A stretch of DNA of 64,000 nt from Mobula hypostoma. Taxonomy: Eukaryota. The translations under genes were made by a program, and so were the position numbers. Each line of letters starts with the position of its first letter. Position 1 is the stretch's first letter. Below the pieces are notes generated by a model that worked only from the letters and a program-made list of their open reading frames with translations, had not been told where the DNA came from and did no database searches. Below are positions 23,929 to 37,299 of the stretch, one piece after another. The stretch lies in contig NC_086102.1 in the NCBI RefSeq assembly GCF_963921235.1, positions 37,262,001 to 37,326,000 of the forward strand. Reading direction: 5' to 3'.

Positions 23929-25290
23929 TCAGAATCGGAATCAGAATCATGTTGAATATCACTGGCCAAATGTCAGGAAATTTGCTGTTTCACAGCAGTA
24001 GTACATTGCAATACATAGTGATACTACAAATTACAGTAAGTATGAGTGTGCATATATATATATATATATAATGTATTTGTGTACTCTATGTATAAATTAA
24101 ATAAGTGCAAAAAGAAAGCAAAAACAAAGCAGAAAAAAATGAGCGTGTGTACATAGGTTCTTTGCTCATTCAGAAATCTGATCGCAGAGGAGAAGTTGTT
24201 CCCAAAATGTTGCATGTGTGTCTTCAGGCTCATGTACCTCTTCCTTGATGGTAGAAATGAGGAGAGGGCAATTCCTGAGAGATGCGGGTCCCTAATGATG
24301 GATGCTACCTTTTTTGAGGCATTGCTTTTTGAAGATGGCCTCGATGCTGGGGAGGCTGGTGCCCATGATGGAACTGGCTGGGTCTGCAGCTTTCTCCAGT
24401 CCTGTGCAGTGGCCCCTCCATACCCGATCGTGATGCAACCAGTCCAAATTCTCTCCACAGTACACCTGTAGAAATGTGCAATAGGCTTTGGTGACATACC
24501 AACTCTCCTCAAACTCCTAATGAAATATAGCCGCCACTGAGCCTTGTTTGAAATTGCATCCATATGTTGGCCAGGACAGATCTTCAGAGATGTCTGACAT
24601 CCAGGAACTTGAATCTGCTCGCCCTTTCCACTGCTGATCCCTCGATGAGAACTGGTGTGTGTTCCCTCGACTTACCCTTTCTGAAGTCCTCAATCCATTC
24701 CTTGGTTTTAATGACACTGAGTACAAGCTGTTGTTGTGACACCACTCAACCAGCTGATCTGTCCCAACCCCCCGTACACCTCCTTGTCACCATCTGAAAT
24801 TCTGCCAGCAGTGACTGTGTCATCAGCAAATTTATAGATGAAGTTTGAGCTGTACCTAACCACACAGTTGTAGACGTAGGGAGAGTAGAGCAGTGGACTA
24901 AGCATGCGTCCTTGAGGTGTGCCAGTGTTGATTATCAGAGAGGAGTAGGTGTTATTTCTTATCCACACTGACTGTGGTCTCTCAATGAGGAAGTCAAGGA
25001 TCCAGTTGCAGACAGAGGTGCAGAAGTTCAGGTTTTGGAGCTTTTTGATAAGTGCTGAGAATATGATAGTCTTCAACGCTGAGCTGTAACCAATAAACAC
25101 TAGCCTGATGTATGTATTGCCATCGTTCAGGCGATCCAAAGCCAAGTGGAGAGCCAGTGAGATTTTGTCCACTGTAGACCTATTGTGGTGATAGGAAAAC
25201 TGCAACAGGTCCAGGTCCTTGCTTGGGCAGGAGTTAATTTTGGCCGTGACCAGCTTCTAAAATACTCCACTACAGTAGATTTGAGTACAA
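23929..25290 (-). mobile_element. Rex1/Babar LINE, degenerate RT
   Basis: INTGTPQG, YKFADDT and QWRLYFIRSLRRVGM; (CAGAAT)n tail at the left. Confidence 0.9.
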
Positions 25291-25516
25291 CTGGGCAACT
25301 CACCCTTCAGCATCCTGGTGAAACTCACAGGGAACCAGTGATGCCAATGGTCGTGGATCAATTATTCCAAGCTGGAAGACAAACTCCAGAGTGTGCATCA
25401 GGTGTAATTCATATTGATGTAGCAAGTTCCATTTTATGGTGAAGATTCTTACTTTAAACCCAGGAACTGTGAGTGATTAACTTTGGAAGGTCAAATATGT
25501 TGGCAGAATACAAGGT

Positions 25517-26082
25517 TAGAAACATAGAAACATAGAAAACCTACAGCACAATACAGACCCTTTGGTCCACAAAGTTGTTGCAAACACGTCCTTACCTTAG
25601 AAATTACTAGGCTTACCCATAGTCCTCTCTAAGCTCCATGTACCTATCCAAAAGTCTCTTAAAAGACCCTATTGTACCCGCCTCCACCACCGTTGCCAGC
25701 AGCCCATTCCACGCACTCACCACTCTCTGCTTTAAAAGGTTACCCCTGACATTTCCTCTGTACCTACTCCCAAGCACCTTTAACCTGTGCCCTCTTGTGG
25801 CAGCCATTTCAGCCCTGCGAAAAAGCCTCTGACTATCCACACGCTCAATGCCTCTCATCATCTTATACACCTCTATCAGGTCACTTCTCGTCCTCCGTCA
25901 CTCTGAGGAGAAAAGGCCAAGTTCAGTCAACCTATTCTCATAAGGCATGCTCCCCAATCCAGGCAGCATCCTTGTAAATCTCCTCTGCACCCTTTCTATG
26001 GTTTCCACATCCTTCCTGTAGTGATGTGACCAGAGCTGAGCACAGTACTCCAAGTGGGGTCTGACCAGGGTCCTATATAGAT
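25517..26082 (-). mobile_element. CR1 3' fragment nested in an older CR1 remnant
   Basis: (AGAAACAT)n tail; ORF 25613..25870 (MYKMMRGIERVDSQRLF). Confidence 0.85.
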
Positions 26083-26299
26083 GCAGGATTAATACTAATG
26101 GCAGGATTCTTAGCAGTGTGGAGGACTTAGTTTGTTGTCCACGTCCATAGATGCATCAGAATTGCCGTGCGGTAATTCTGATGTCAGGTGTATGGTGTAT
26201 AGGCAAATAGTGTGTTGTCCTTCATTAGTTGGAGGGTTGATTTCCAGAGCTGTGAGTTTGACCCGTGGCCAATCAGTGAACAGAAGTTTGAGAAGAAGA

Positions 26300-27540
26300 G
26301 ATGACTTCACAAAGGTCTGTGATTGAAAATTTTAAAAAGGACAGCGCTTTGTGGCAGTCTTCTGAGTTTGAACTGCAGCCAAACAGTGAAGAGGATTCAT
26401 TAGCTAAGGTAAAAAAAAAAGCAGGAGCAAGTGGAGAGGCCATTGTGTGAGTGGGGAGGCTTTGGCTCTTCAGACTTGGGCAAGATCAGGACTGGGGAGG
26501 GAAGTATCTAGTAAGTTTCTTTTTCTCTTCTTTATTCTTCATCTGATAGGGCATAGTTAGAGCTGTGAGAAAGACTCCAGGGCCAGTGTTGTGTTCTTTG
26601 TGTAAGATGGGGGAGTACTGGGAGACCTACATCTTCCCAGATAGACACAAGTGCACCAAGTGAACCAAGCTGCATCTCCTTAGAGAACATGTTAAAGGAC
26701 TGGACTTGCAGCATGATGGCCTTCAGCTCATATGGGAGACTGAGGAAGTGATAGATAGGAGCTACAGGGAGGTAGTTGCCCCTTGGCCGCAGGGAGCAGG
26801 CAACTGGGTGACTAACAGGAGAGAAAAGAAAGGAAATGGGCAGCCAGTACAGAGTACCCCCTGTGGCTTCTCCCCTTTTGGATACTGTTGAGGGGGGGGT
26901 GTGACCGACCAGGGGGAGCAGCAGCAACTCAGTCTCTGGTTCTGAGTCTGGCCCTGTGGCTCTGAAGAGAAGCGAAGTGAAGAGACTGTAATAGTGATTG
27001 GAGATTCCATAGTTAGAGTAAGAAAGACGAGATTCTGTAGATGTGTTAGAGACATATGGGTGGAATGTTGCCTCCCTGGTGCCAGAGTCAGGGATGGATC
27101 GAATCGAGTTCCTGGCATTCAAGAGGGGAAGGGTGAGCAGCCAGAATTCTTGGTATGTACCGGCACCAATGACATAAAGAGGTTCTAAAGAGAGATTTTA
27201 GGAAGCTAAGTAGAGAGCTGAGAAGCAGGACCGCTGTGGAAGTAATCTCTGAATTGCTGCCTGTGCCACACACTAGTGAGGGTAAGAGGATCGTTTGACA
27301 GATAAATGTGTGGCTGAGGAACTGGTGCAGGAAGCAGGCGTTAGGATTTCTGGATCATTGGGATTTCTTCTGAGTTCAGGTGCAACCTGTACAAAGGGAA
27401 CTGATTATACCTGAACCCAAGGGGGACCAATATCCAGGACAGGATTGGACAGCAAGAGTTTTTCAGGAGGGCCTAAACTAATTTGGTAGGGGGATGGTAA
27501 CTGGAATGATAGGGCTGAGGATGGGGTAGTTTGTTTCCCA
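26300..27540 (+). mobile_element. CR1 5' region with ORF1 SGNH/esterase remnant
   Basis: IGDSIVR...CCLPGARV...GTNDI (ORF 26994..27188) and an upstream zinc-finger-like CSLCKM..CTK segment. Confidence 0.8.
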
Positions 27541-27786
27541 AAGAGGAAGAAGTACTCTAAAGGCAAGATGACACAACTGTGGTTAAAAGAGAAGTCAAAG
27601 CCAACATAAAAGCCAGATAGAGAGCATATTATAGAGCAAAAAATAATGGAAAGTTAGAAGATTGGGAAGCTTTTAAAAACCAACAAAAGGCAACTAAAAA
27701 AGTCATCAAGAAGCCAAAGATGAAATACGGAGATAATTCAGCCAATAATATTAAAGAGGATGTCAGAGGTTTCTTTAGATATATGA

Positions 27787-28440
27787 TATATTTTGATATT
27801 ATTTCAGTAGTTTTGCATATTGATTTACAACCTCATCCTATTACTGCAATTTTTGGATTACCAGTGATGGACTCCAATCATTTATCCCTTCGACTTGTCA
27901 TTTGATTGCATTTGTTACATTAATAGCCAGAAGATTCATTTTATTTAAATGGAAAGATTCTAATCCCCCTACTGCATTTCAATGGTTTTCCCAAACTATA
28001 ACATGCTTAAACTTGGAAAAAATTAGGAGTGGTTCTATCGATCCTTCGGTTAAATTTGAAGAGACTTGGAGGCCATTTATTCAACATTTTCATTTGATGT
28101 AAGCTGACCTTTTCCGAATCCTTTCCAAAAACTTTTTGTTTGTGTATAGAGGAGTGGAGTTAATGACAAATAATGATTTTAACCGATGAAACATGCCAGC
28201 CCAGCCTTTGTTTTGTTTTGGTTATTTTTGGTGTAGGGGGACTTTTTCTTTGCATAAAATTTTTTGAATCTTTTTCATGTTCGGTTACTAAGAGATTGGG
28301 AGGCTTAAATTACATATGCTACTCAGAGTCTGTTTCTGTATACATTAACTGTTATTAATGTAATCCCGATCTCTTCATATCATTATTATTGTTATGTTTA
28401 TCAATTCGAAACTTAATAAAAAAGATAGAGAAAGAAAGAA
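27787..28440 (+). mobile_element. L1-type LINE 3' fragment
   Basis: ORF 27902..28102 (ARRFILFKWK...PPT...W...LEKIR...WRPF), AATAAA/A-rich tail, 10-bp TSD AGATATATGA at 27777-27786 and 28441-28450. Confidence 0.85.
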
Positions 28441-29438
28441 AGATATATGAAGAGTAAAAGGGAAGCAAGAAAAGATATCTAGCCACTGGAAAATGGTGCT
28501 GGAGAAGTAATAAGAGGGTACAAGGGAATGACAGATTCAGTACTTTGCATCAGACTTCTCTGCAGTACGCCAGAAGTTCGAGATGTCAGGGGACAGATGT
28601 GAGTGAGGTTGCCATTACAAAGGAGAAGGTACTTGGAAAACTGAAAGATCTGAAGATAAGTAAATCATCTGGACTGATTGTCTACACCCCCAGAATTCTG
28701 AAAGAGGTGGCTGAAGAGATTGTAGAGGCATTTAAGAATCAATAGATTCTGGCTTGGTTCCGGAGAAATGTAAAATTGAAAATATAACTCCACACTTCAA
28801 GAGGGGAGAGAGGTGGAAGAAAAGAAATTACAAGCCAGTTCGTCTGACCTCAGTGGTTGGCAAAATGTTGGAGTTGATTAGTATGGATGTGGTTTTGGGG
28901 TACTTGGAGGCACATGATAAGATAGGCTGAAGTCAGTATGGTTCCCTTAAGGGAAAATCTTGCCTGACAAATCTGTTGGAATTCTTTGAAGAAATAACAA
29001 GCTGGATAGTCAAAGGAGAATCAGTGGATGTTGTATACTTGGATTTTCAAAAGGCCTTTGATAAGGTGCCACACATGAGGCTGTTTAACAAGTTATTACA
29101 GCAAAGACACTAGCATGGTTAGAGCATTGGCTGATTGGCAGAAGGCAAAGAGTTGGAATAAAGGGAGTCTTTTCTAGGTGGCTGCTGGTGACTAGTGGTG
29201 TTCCAGAGGAGTCTGTGTTGGAGCCACTTCTTTTTATGTTATACATCAATGACTTGGATGACAGAATTGATGGCTTTGTGGGCAAGATTGCGGTCAATAT
29301 GAAGATAGGTGTAGGAGCTGGTAGTTTTGAGGAAATAGAGAGGCTGCAGATGGACTCTTCAGTTTAGGAGAATGGCCAAAGAAGTGGCAGATGGAATACA
29401 GCATTGGGAAATGTATGGTCATGCACTTTGGTAGAAGA

Positions 29439-30471
29439 TCCTCCTCGCTGACGACCAACACTGGTGCACCTCAGGGGTGTGTGCTTAGCCCACTGCTCTA
29501 CTCTCTATATACACATTACTGTGTGGCTAGGCATAGCTCAAATACCCTCTATAAATTTGCTGATGATACAACCATTGTTGGTAGAATCTCAGGTGGTGAC
29601 GAGAGGGCGTACTGGAGTGAGATATGCCAACTAGTGGAATGGTGCAACCTGGCACTCAACGTCAGTAAGATGAAAGAGCGACTGTGGACTTCAGGAAGGG
29701 TAAGATGAAGGAACACATACCAATCCCCATAGAGGGATCAGAAATGGAGAGAGTGATCAGTTTCAAGTTCCTGGGTGTCAAGATCTCTAAGGATCTAACC
29801 TGGTCCCAACATATTGATGCAGTTATAAAGAAGGCAAGACAGCGGCTATACTTCATTAGGGGTTTGAAGAGATTTGGCATGTCAACAAATACACTCAAAA
29901 ACTTCTACAGTTGTACCGTGGAGAGCATTCTGACAGGCTGCATCACTGTTTGGTATGGAGGGGCTACTGCACAGGACTGAAAGAAGCTGCAGAGGGTTGT
30001 AAATCTAGTCAGCTCCATCTTGGCTACTAGCCTACAAAGTATCCAGGACATCTTCAAGGAGCAGTGTCTCAGAAAGGCAGCGTCCATTATTAAGGACCTC
30101 CAGCACCCAGGGCATGCCCCTTTCTCACTGTTATCATCAGGTAGGAGGTACAGAAGCCTGAAGGCACACACTCAGCGATTCAGGAACAGCTTCTTCCCCT
30201 CTGCCATCCGATTCCTAAATGGACATTGGATCTTTGGATACTACCTCACTTTTTTTAACATACAGTATTTCTGTTTTTGCACTTTTTAAATCTATTCAAT
30301 ATACATAATTGATTTACTTGTTTATTTATTTATTATTATTAGTTTAACTTTAATTATTATTGTTTTTCTCTCTGCTGGATTATGTATTGGATTGAACTGC
30401 TGCTGCTAAGTTAACAAATTTTTTCACGTCACATGCAGGTGATAATAAACCTGATTCTGATTCTGATTCTG
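29439..30471 (+). mobile_element. Rex1/Babar 3' portion nested in CR1
   Basis: TNTGAPQGCVLSPLLYSLYT, KFADDT and DLTWSQHIDAVIKKARQRLYF; (ATTCTG)n tail. Confidence 0.92.
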
Positions 30472-30608
30472 AAATAAAAGCATAGGCTATTTTCTAAATG
30501 GAGAGAAAATTCAAAAATCCAAGTTGCAAAGGGACATGGGATTCCTTGAACAGAATTCCTTGAAGGTTAATTTGCTAGTTGAGTCAATGGTGAGGAAGCC
30601 AAACGTAA

Positions 30609-31131
30609 GGTAATGTTGCAGCTATATAGGACCCTACAATTCTGGTCACCTCACTACAGGAAGGACGTGGAAACTATAGAAAGGATGTAGAGGAGATTTA
30701 CACGGATGTTGCCTGGATTCTTGAGTGAACTCGGCCTTTTCTCCTTGTAGCGACGGAGGATGAGAGGTGACCTGATAGAGGTGTATAAGATAATGAGAGG
30801 CATTGATTGTGTGGATAGTCAGAGGCTTTTTCCCAGGGCTGAAATGGCTAACACGAGAGGGCACAGTTTTAAGGTGCTTGGAAGTAGGTACAGAGGAGAT
30901 GTCAGCGTAAGTTTTTTTTACACTGAGAGTGGTGAGTACATGGAATGGGCTGCTGGGGACGGTGGTGGAAGCAGAAACGATAGGGTCTTTTAAGAGACTC
31001 CTGTATGGCTCCATGGAGCTTAGAAAAATAGAGGGCTATGAGTAAACCTAGATGGTTCTAAGGTAGAGACAGGTTCGGTACAGCTTTGTGGCCCAAAGGG
31101 CCTGTATTTTGCTGTAGGTTTTCTATGTTTC
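30609..31131 (+). mobile_element. CR1 (second subfamily) 3' fragment nested in CR1
   Basis: MRGDLIEVYKIMRGIDCVDSQRLF; tail TTTTCTATGTTTCTA. Confidence 0.85.
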
Positions 31132-31719
31132 TAATGATAGCAATCAGTTCGAGAGGACTAGAATATACAAGCACGGATGTAATGCTCAGACACACACTGT
31201 TAGATTACACTTAGAGTATTCTGAGTAGTTTTAGGTCCCTTACCTAAGAAAAGATGTGATAGCTTTGAAAAGGGTCTAGAGGAGGTTAATGGGAATAAAA
31301 GGGTTAATTTATGAGAAGTGCTCAGTGGCTCTGGATCTGTACTCACTGGAGCTTAGAAGAATTGGGAATGATCTCATTGAAAGCTATCGATTATTGAAAG
31401 GCTTAGATAGAGTGGATGTGCAGAGGATATTTCCGACAGTGGGGGAGTCTAAGACCAGAAGGGGCAGCACAGAGTACAAGGACATCCCTTTAAAATAGAG
31501 ATGAGGAGGGATTTCTTTAGCTAGAGGCTGAGGAGTCTGTGGAGGCCAAGCTATTGGGTATATTTAAAGTGGAGGTTGAGGGGTTCTTGATTAGTAAGAG
31601 CATCAAAAGTTACTGGGAGAAGGCAGGAGAATGGAGTTGAGATGGAGAGTAAATTAGCCACGACGCGATGGCAGAGTAGACTTGATAAGACGAGTAGCCT
31701 AATTCTGTTCCCATGTCTT

Positions 31720-33250
31720 ATGGTCATCCAGGCCATGCTCTCTTCTCACTGCTGCCATCAGGAAGGTGGTTCAGCAGCCCCCAGTCCCACACCACCAAGT
31801 TCAGGAATAGTTATTTCCCCTCAGCCAGAAGAGGGCAACTTCTCTCACCCCAACATTGGACTCACTATTGACAACCTATGAATTCACTTTTAAGGAATCC
31901 ACCACACAGATTCTCAGTATTCATTGTTTATTTATTTATTACTATTATTTTATTTCTTTATTGTATTTGCACAGTTTATTGTCTTTTGCAGATTGTTTAC
32001 TTATCCGTCTTTGTTGTATGAAGATTTTCATTGATTCTATTGTGTTTCTTTTGTATGTACTATGAATGCCTGCAATAAATTGTAACTCATGGTAGTACAT
32101 GTAGTTTGATAATAACTTCACTTTGAACTTTTACCTCTGAAATTTTGCCAGGCTTGCACTTTTGCTGCAGCTTTCAATTTGCAGATGCATAAAAATGCAA
32201 AGTGATATAAGATTGCCATGAGTGAAGCATGGCTCCAAACAGGTTGCCGAGTAACCATTTACGCTACATTAATCTGGATCACTGAGCAAGTAAATTACTA
32301 TGTTGAATTGATTCACCTGCCTAAACCTTACTCCTCACATTATGTGTTTTTTCAACTTAACCAACAGGTATTCCTGACCATTTATTCCACCACAGCATTT
32401 CATTTTCAGAAAGTAAGAAGAGATTTCAAAATATCTTAAATATTTCTGCACAAGCCAACCAAAAGACAACAAACTAGACTCCAAAAGCAGAAATCTGGAG
32501 CCTTGCCAATTACCCTAGACATACCATGACAACGAAGACTAAGCAAACCTCTCATTATTAGTTTGGATGACATCCACCACATATGTAGTTTATTAAGTAT
32601 AGACTAGGTCATTTGACCTGCGATCTGTCCACAACCTCAGCTGTGCCTGAAATGGCAATGCTTGACAATCACTGACAGGGACAACCAATGTGAGGGTAGT
32701 CCTTGCACATGCTGGTGATGCCAGCCTCAGATCTCCCCACTTCCATCCTCAAGGTTCTCACTGTTTGAGTCATTGACTTAGTACACCGAATGTCCTTTGT
32801 TTCTAAGTGTATTCTAGAAAATGTATTTTATCAACACCACGCAGGTTTGCAAACTTTGGGGATCTGGAGATTTGACTAATTTTGGTCCTGTTAGCTTTTC
32901 AAAATACTTCATCCTCCACTTTGCCTCCTGAATGAAGAATAAAATGAGAAGTTTAGAAAGGGATAAGAATATAACTTCAGGCAACACGGAGACAAAATTG
33001 CAATGAAAGGTGATGAGTACACACAGTCAACGTTCAGAAACAGCTTGTTCCTTGCACCATCAGATTTCTGAGCATGAACCCAGAGCACTGCCTCATTATA
33101 TCTGCTCTCTTTTTGCACCACTTGCCTAATTTTAACATATATTTCTTACTGTAATTTATAGTGTATATTATGTACTACACTGTGCTGCTGCTGCAAAACA
33201 ACAAATTTCACAACATATGTCAGACGTAATAAAACTGATTCTGATTCTAC
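31720..33250 (+). mobile_element. Rex1-type 3' fragments (31720-32130 and 33040-33250)
   Basis: HPGHALFSLLPSG-like remnants and (ACTTTG)/(ATTCTG) tails. Confidence 0.65.
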
Positions 33251-36200
33251 AGGACTGAAGGTGTTATATTTGAATGCATGCAGTATATGAAATAGGGTAG
33301 ATGAACTTGTAGCTCAGTTAGAAATCAGCAGGTATAACATTTGGGCATCACAGAGTCATGCTAGAAAGAAGATCACAACTTTAACATTCAAGGATACACA
33401 TTGTATGATTGTCTCCGATTCGTTAGACTCTGACAATTTGCACTCCTTCTTCCGTCACAGTTTACTTACTTGTGTGCAAGGAGAACAGCTCAGCCCTGTC
33501 ACCAGCCTGCTCTGAGGCTTGAAAAGAAATGCCAGTTCTATGTAGAAACTGACTAGTTGGATACAGATATTTATCCAACAGAATCTTTGTCACTTCTGAA
33601 TATCTTCATTTACGTACTTAAATAATCATCACACATATTGCATGTGATAATAACCAATAAAATCCATGACCAAAAATACTTCAGAATTTGTAAAACAACT
33701 GGCCAATAGTAAGAGTTACCCTGGAATCCTTTGTTAGCATCTTTATCTTCACTTGGTATGTTTGATGACCTTGGTTCCCAGACTTGTAAAGAAAGGCTGG
33801 ATAAAGAACAGTTTTGGCTTCAAGGGCCATGTTCAAACTGAGTGAGTACACTATGTCTGCCTACTCTCTCTATCAGCTTCTCTTGACTGTCACCTTGCTA
33901 AACTTCCACACGTAGGAAAGGTTGTATAAAGCTCACTATTTTATCCCTTTCCTTGCTTTTGTTTCCACAGTATTGAAAGGACAGGCAGGTGGGAAGAGGG
34001 AGTCAGGCGGCTTTGTTAGTCAGAATGAAATCAGATCATTAGAAAGAATCGACATAAAATCAGAAGATGTAGAATCCTTGGGAGTAGAGTTAAGAAACTG
34101 CAAGGTTAAAAAGACCTTGATTTGACACTGATGGAAGGTGTATACAGGCTTTCAAATAGTAGCCAGAATGTGGGGTACAAATTACAACAGAAGATAGTAA
34201 AGTTATGTAAAAGGGGCAATTTCAATATACAGGTAGATTGGGAAAATTAGGTTGGTGCTGGATCCCAAGAGAAGGGATTTGGGGAATGCCCAGGAAATAG
34301 CTTTTTAGAGGATCTTGTGGTTGAGCCCTCAAACAAAAAGGCAATTCTGGATTGGCTGTTGCGTAATGAACCAGATTCAATTAAGGAGCTTATAGTAAAG
34401 GAGCCCTTAGGAAGCAATGATCTAATACGATAAAATTCACCTAACGGTTTGAAAGGGAAAAGCTAATATCAGACATATCATTATTACAGTTGAGTAAACA
34501 AAACTGCAGAGGCATGAGAGAAGATGGCCAAAGCTGATTGAAAGTGGACACGAGAAGGGATAATGGTAGAGCAGCAATGCCTGGTACTTCTGGGATTAAT
34601 TTGGAATTTGCAGGATCGATATATCCCAAAGCAGAAGAAACATTCTAAAGGGAGATGAGGCAACTCTAGCTAAAAAGGGAAGTCAATGACAGCATAGAAG
34701 CAAAGGTTAAGGCATACAATGTAGCAAAAATTAGTGGGAAGCTAAAGTATTGGGAACCTTTTAAAAACCAAAAGAAGGCAACTAAAAAGCAAAAAGAGTA
34801 AAAATTAAATATGAAGCTAATCTAGCTAATAATAACTGGAATATGATACTAGAGAGGTAGTAATGGTGAACAAGGAAATGGAGGACAAACTAAGTAAGTG
34901 TTTTGCATCAGTCTTCAAGGTGGAAGGCACTAGCAATGTACCAGAAATTTGAGAGTGTCGGGGGGGGGGGCAGAAGTAAGTGCAGTCACTATTACTAAAG
35001 GGAAAGTGCTTGGAAAACTGAAAGGTCTGAAGGTCAGTAAGTCTGCTGAATGAGATGGACTACACCCCGGGGTTCTGAAAGGGGTAGTTGACGAGAATGT
35101 GGAGGCATTAGTGGTGACTTTCATGGATCACTAGATTCTGGAGTAATTCCGGAGGACTAGAACACTGCAAAACACACTCCACTCTTCATGAAGGGAGGGG
35201 TGCAAGAGACAGGCCAGTTAGCTTGACTTCAGTGGCTAGCAAGATGTTAGAGTCTATTTTTAAGGATGACGCTTTGGGGCACTTGGAGGGACAAGATAAA
35301 ATAGGCTAAAGTCAGCATGGTTTCCTCAAGGGGAAATTATGACTGACAAATCAGATGGAATTCTTTGAAGAAGCAACAGGCAGGATTGACAAAGGAGAGT
35401 CAGTGGTTGTTATTTACCTGGATTTTCAAAAGTCCTTTGACAAGTGCTGCAGGTGAGGCTGCTAAATAAGATAAGGGTCCACGGTATAACAGAAAAGACA
35501 CAGGCATGAACAGAAGATTAGCTGACTGACAGAAGGCAAGGAGTGTGAATAAAGGGGGACCTTTCTGTCTGCTGGTGACTAGTGGCATTCCACAAGGATT
35601 GGTATTAGACCTGCTACTTCTCAAGTTGTGTGTTAATGAATTGGTAGCTTTGTGGCCAGGTTTTCAGATGGTTGAGAGACAGACGGAGGGGCAGGTAGGA
35701 TTGAGGAATCAGGGAGTCTGCAGAAAGACATGGACAGATTAGGAGAATGGGCTAAGAAGTGGCAGAGGGAATACAGTATAGGGAAGTGTATGGCCATTCA
35801 CTTTGATGGAAGGAATAAAGGCAATTTTCTAAACAAGGAGCAAATTCAGAAATCGGAGGCGCATAGGGACTTTGGAGTTTTCATATAAGATTCCATTGGG
35901 AGTCCTGGTGCAGGATTCCCTAAAGATTAACTCACTGGTTGACTCAGTACTAAGGAAAGCAAATGCAATGTTTGCAAGAGGACTAGAATATAAAAACAAG
36001 GGTGTAATGCTGAGCCATTATTAGGTATTGGTCAGACCACATTTGGAGTAGTGTTAGCTGTTTGGGGCTCCAAATCTAAGAAAGCATATGCCAATCTAGA
36101 AAATTATCCCAAGAATGAAAGGGTTAATGTATGAGGTGTATTTGATGGTTCTGGGTCTGTACTCACAGGAGCTTTAGAAGAATGGTGGTGGGGGGTGGGG

Positions 36201-36580
36201 GAACTCAATGAAACAAGCCAAATTTTGAAAGGCCTAGACAACGTGGGTATATTGAGGACGTTTCTATTAGTGAGTGAGTCTAGGAATCTAGGACAAGGGG
36301 GCACAGTCACAGATAAGAAGGATGTCCCTTTAGAACTCAGCTGAAGAGGAATTCCTTTAACCAGAGGATGTGAATCTGGAATTTAATGTCACAAATATAC
36401 CCAATGTTGGCTAAGTCACTGAGCATATTTTTAAAAAGAGGGGAATCAATTCTTGATTAGTAAGAACATCAAAGGTTATAGGGAGAAGGAAGGGAATGAG
36501 TTTGTGAGGAAAAATAAATCAGCCATATTTGAATGTTTGAGCAGACTTGATGGAGCTAATTCTGCTCCTATGTTTTATGT
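33250..36580 (+). mobile_element. Degenerate near-complete CR1 ORF2 (EN + RT), interrupted at 33407-33969
   Basis: EN start (LKVLYLNAC), SEDVESLGVELRNCK, RT motifs and a CR1 3'UTR. Confidence 0.9.
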
Positions 36581-36584
36581 TAAT

Positions 36585-36821
36585 TGTTGTGTATGTAATA
36601 TTTCAGTAATATTTAAATAATCTTGTATATGTGTTGCTTGATTAAACATTCTTGTTCATTTAAATAATTCATTATGGGTTATGTGTAAAATATGTGAATT
36701 GCATACATCATCATGCTATCATGTGACCTGTTCACACCTCGCTTAAAGTAAACACAAAGATAGACTCACATTTTGGACTCCTGTGTCTTCCTTGGAATTA
36801 GTTTAATGTTTTGAAGTTACA
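36585..36821. mobile_element. Possible solo-LTR remnant
   Basis: AT-rich block that starts with TGT and ends with ACA. It matches no LINE seen here; no clear TSD. Confidence 0.35.
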
Positions 36822-37299
36822 AAGCCCTCAACTGTAATGATGATATTTACATGGACTTCCACAGTGTTTAAAACTGGCTGATCAGAAACCTTTAGGATAT
36901 TTGTGATAACCTCCACTATATGTACTCATTTAGATTAGATTATGAGGACTCTCAGTCCTCGTTTATTGTTATTTAGAAATGCATGCATTGAAAAATGATA
37001 CAATGTTCCTCCAGAAAGATATCACAGAAACACAGAACAAACCAAGACTAACTGACAAAACCACATCATTATAACATATAGTTACAACAGTGTAAAGCAA
37101 TACCGTAATTTGATAAAGAGCAGACCATGGGCATGGTAAAAAAAAAACTCTCAAGTCCTGATAGCCCCATCATCTCACACAGATGGTAGAAGGAAGAAAC
37201 TCTTTATACTTTTAAAATTCTCCAGTCTCACCTACAAGATGTCCCACACTTACCACAGTTACGTTCTTTTTCCTTTCAATATATCAATAAAAGCCCTCA

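Larger units (their letters stand above)
27540..31720 (+). mobile_element. Host CR1 ORF2 remnant split by three nested insertions
   Basis: CR1 reading resumes across 27786/28441, 29438/30472 and 30608/31132. Confidence 0.85.
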
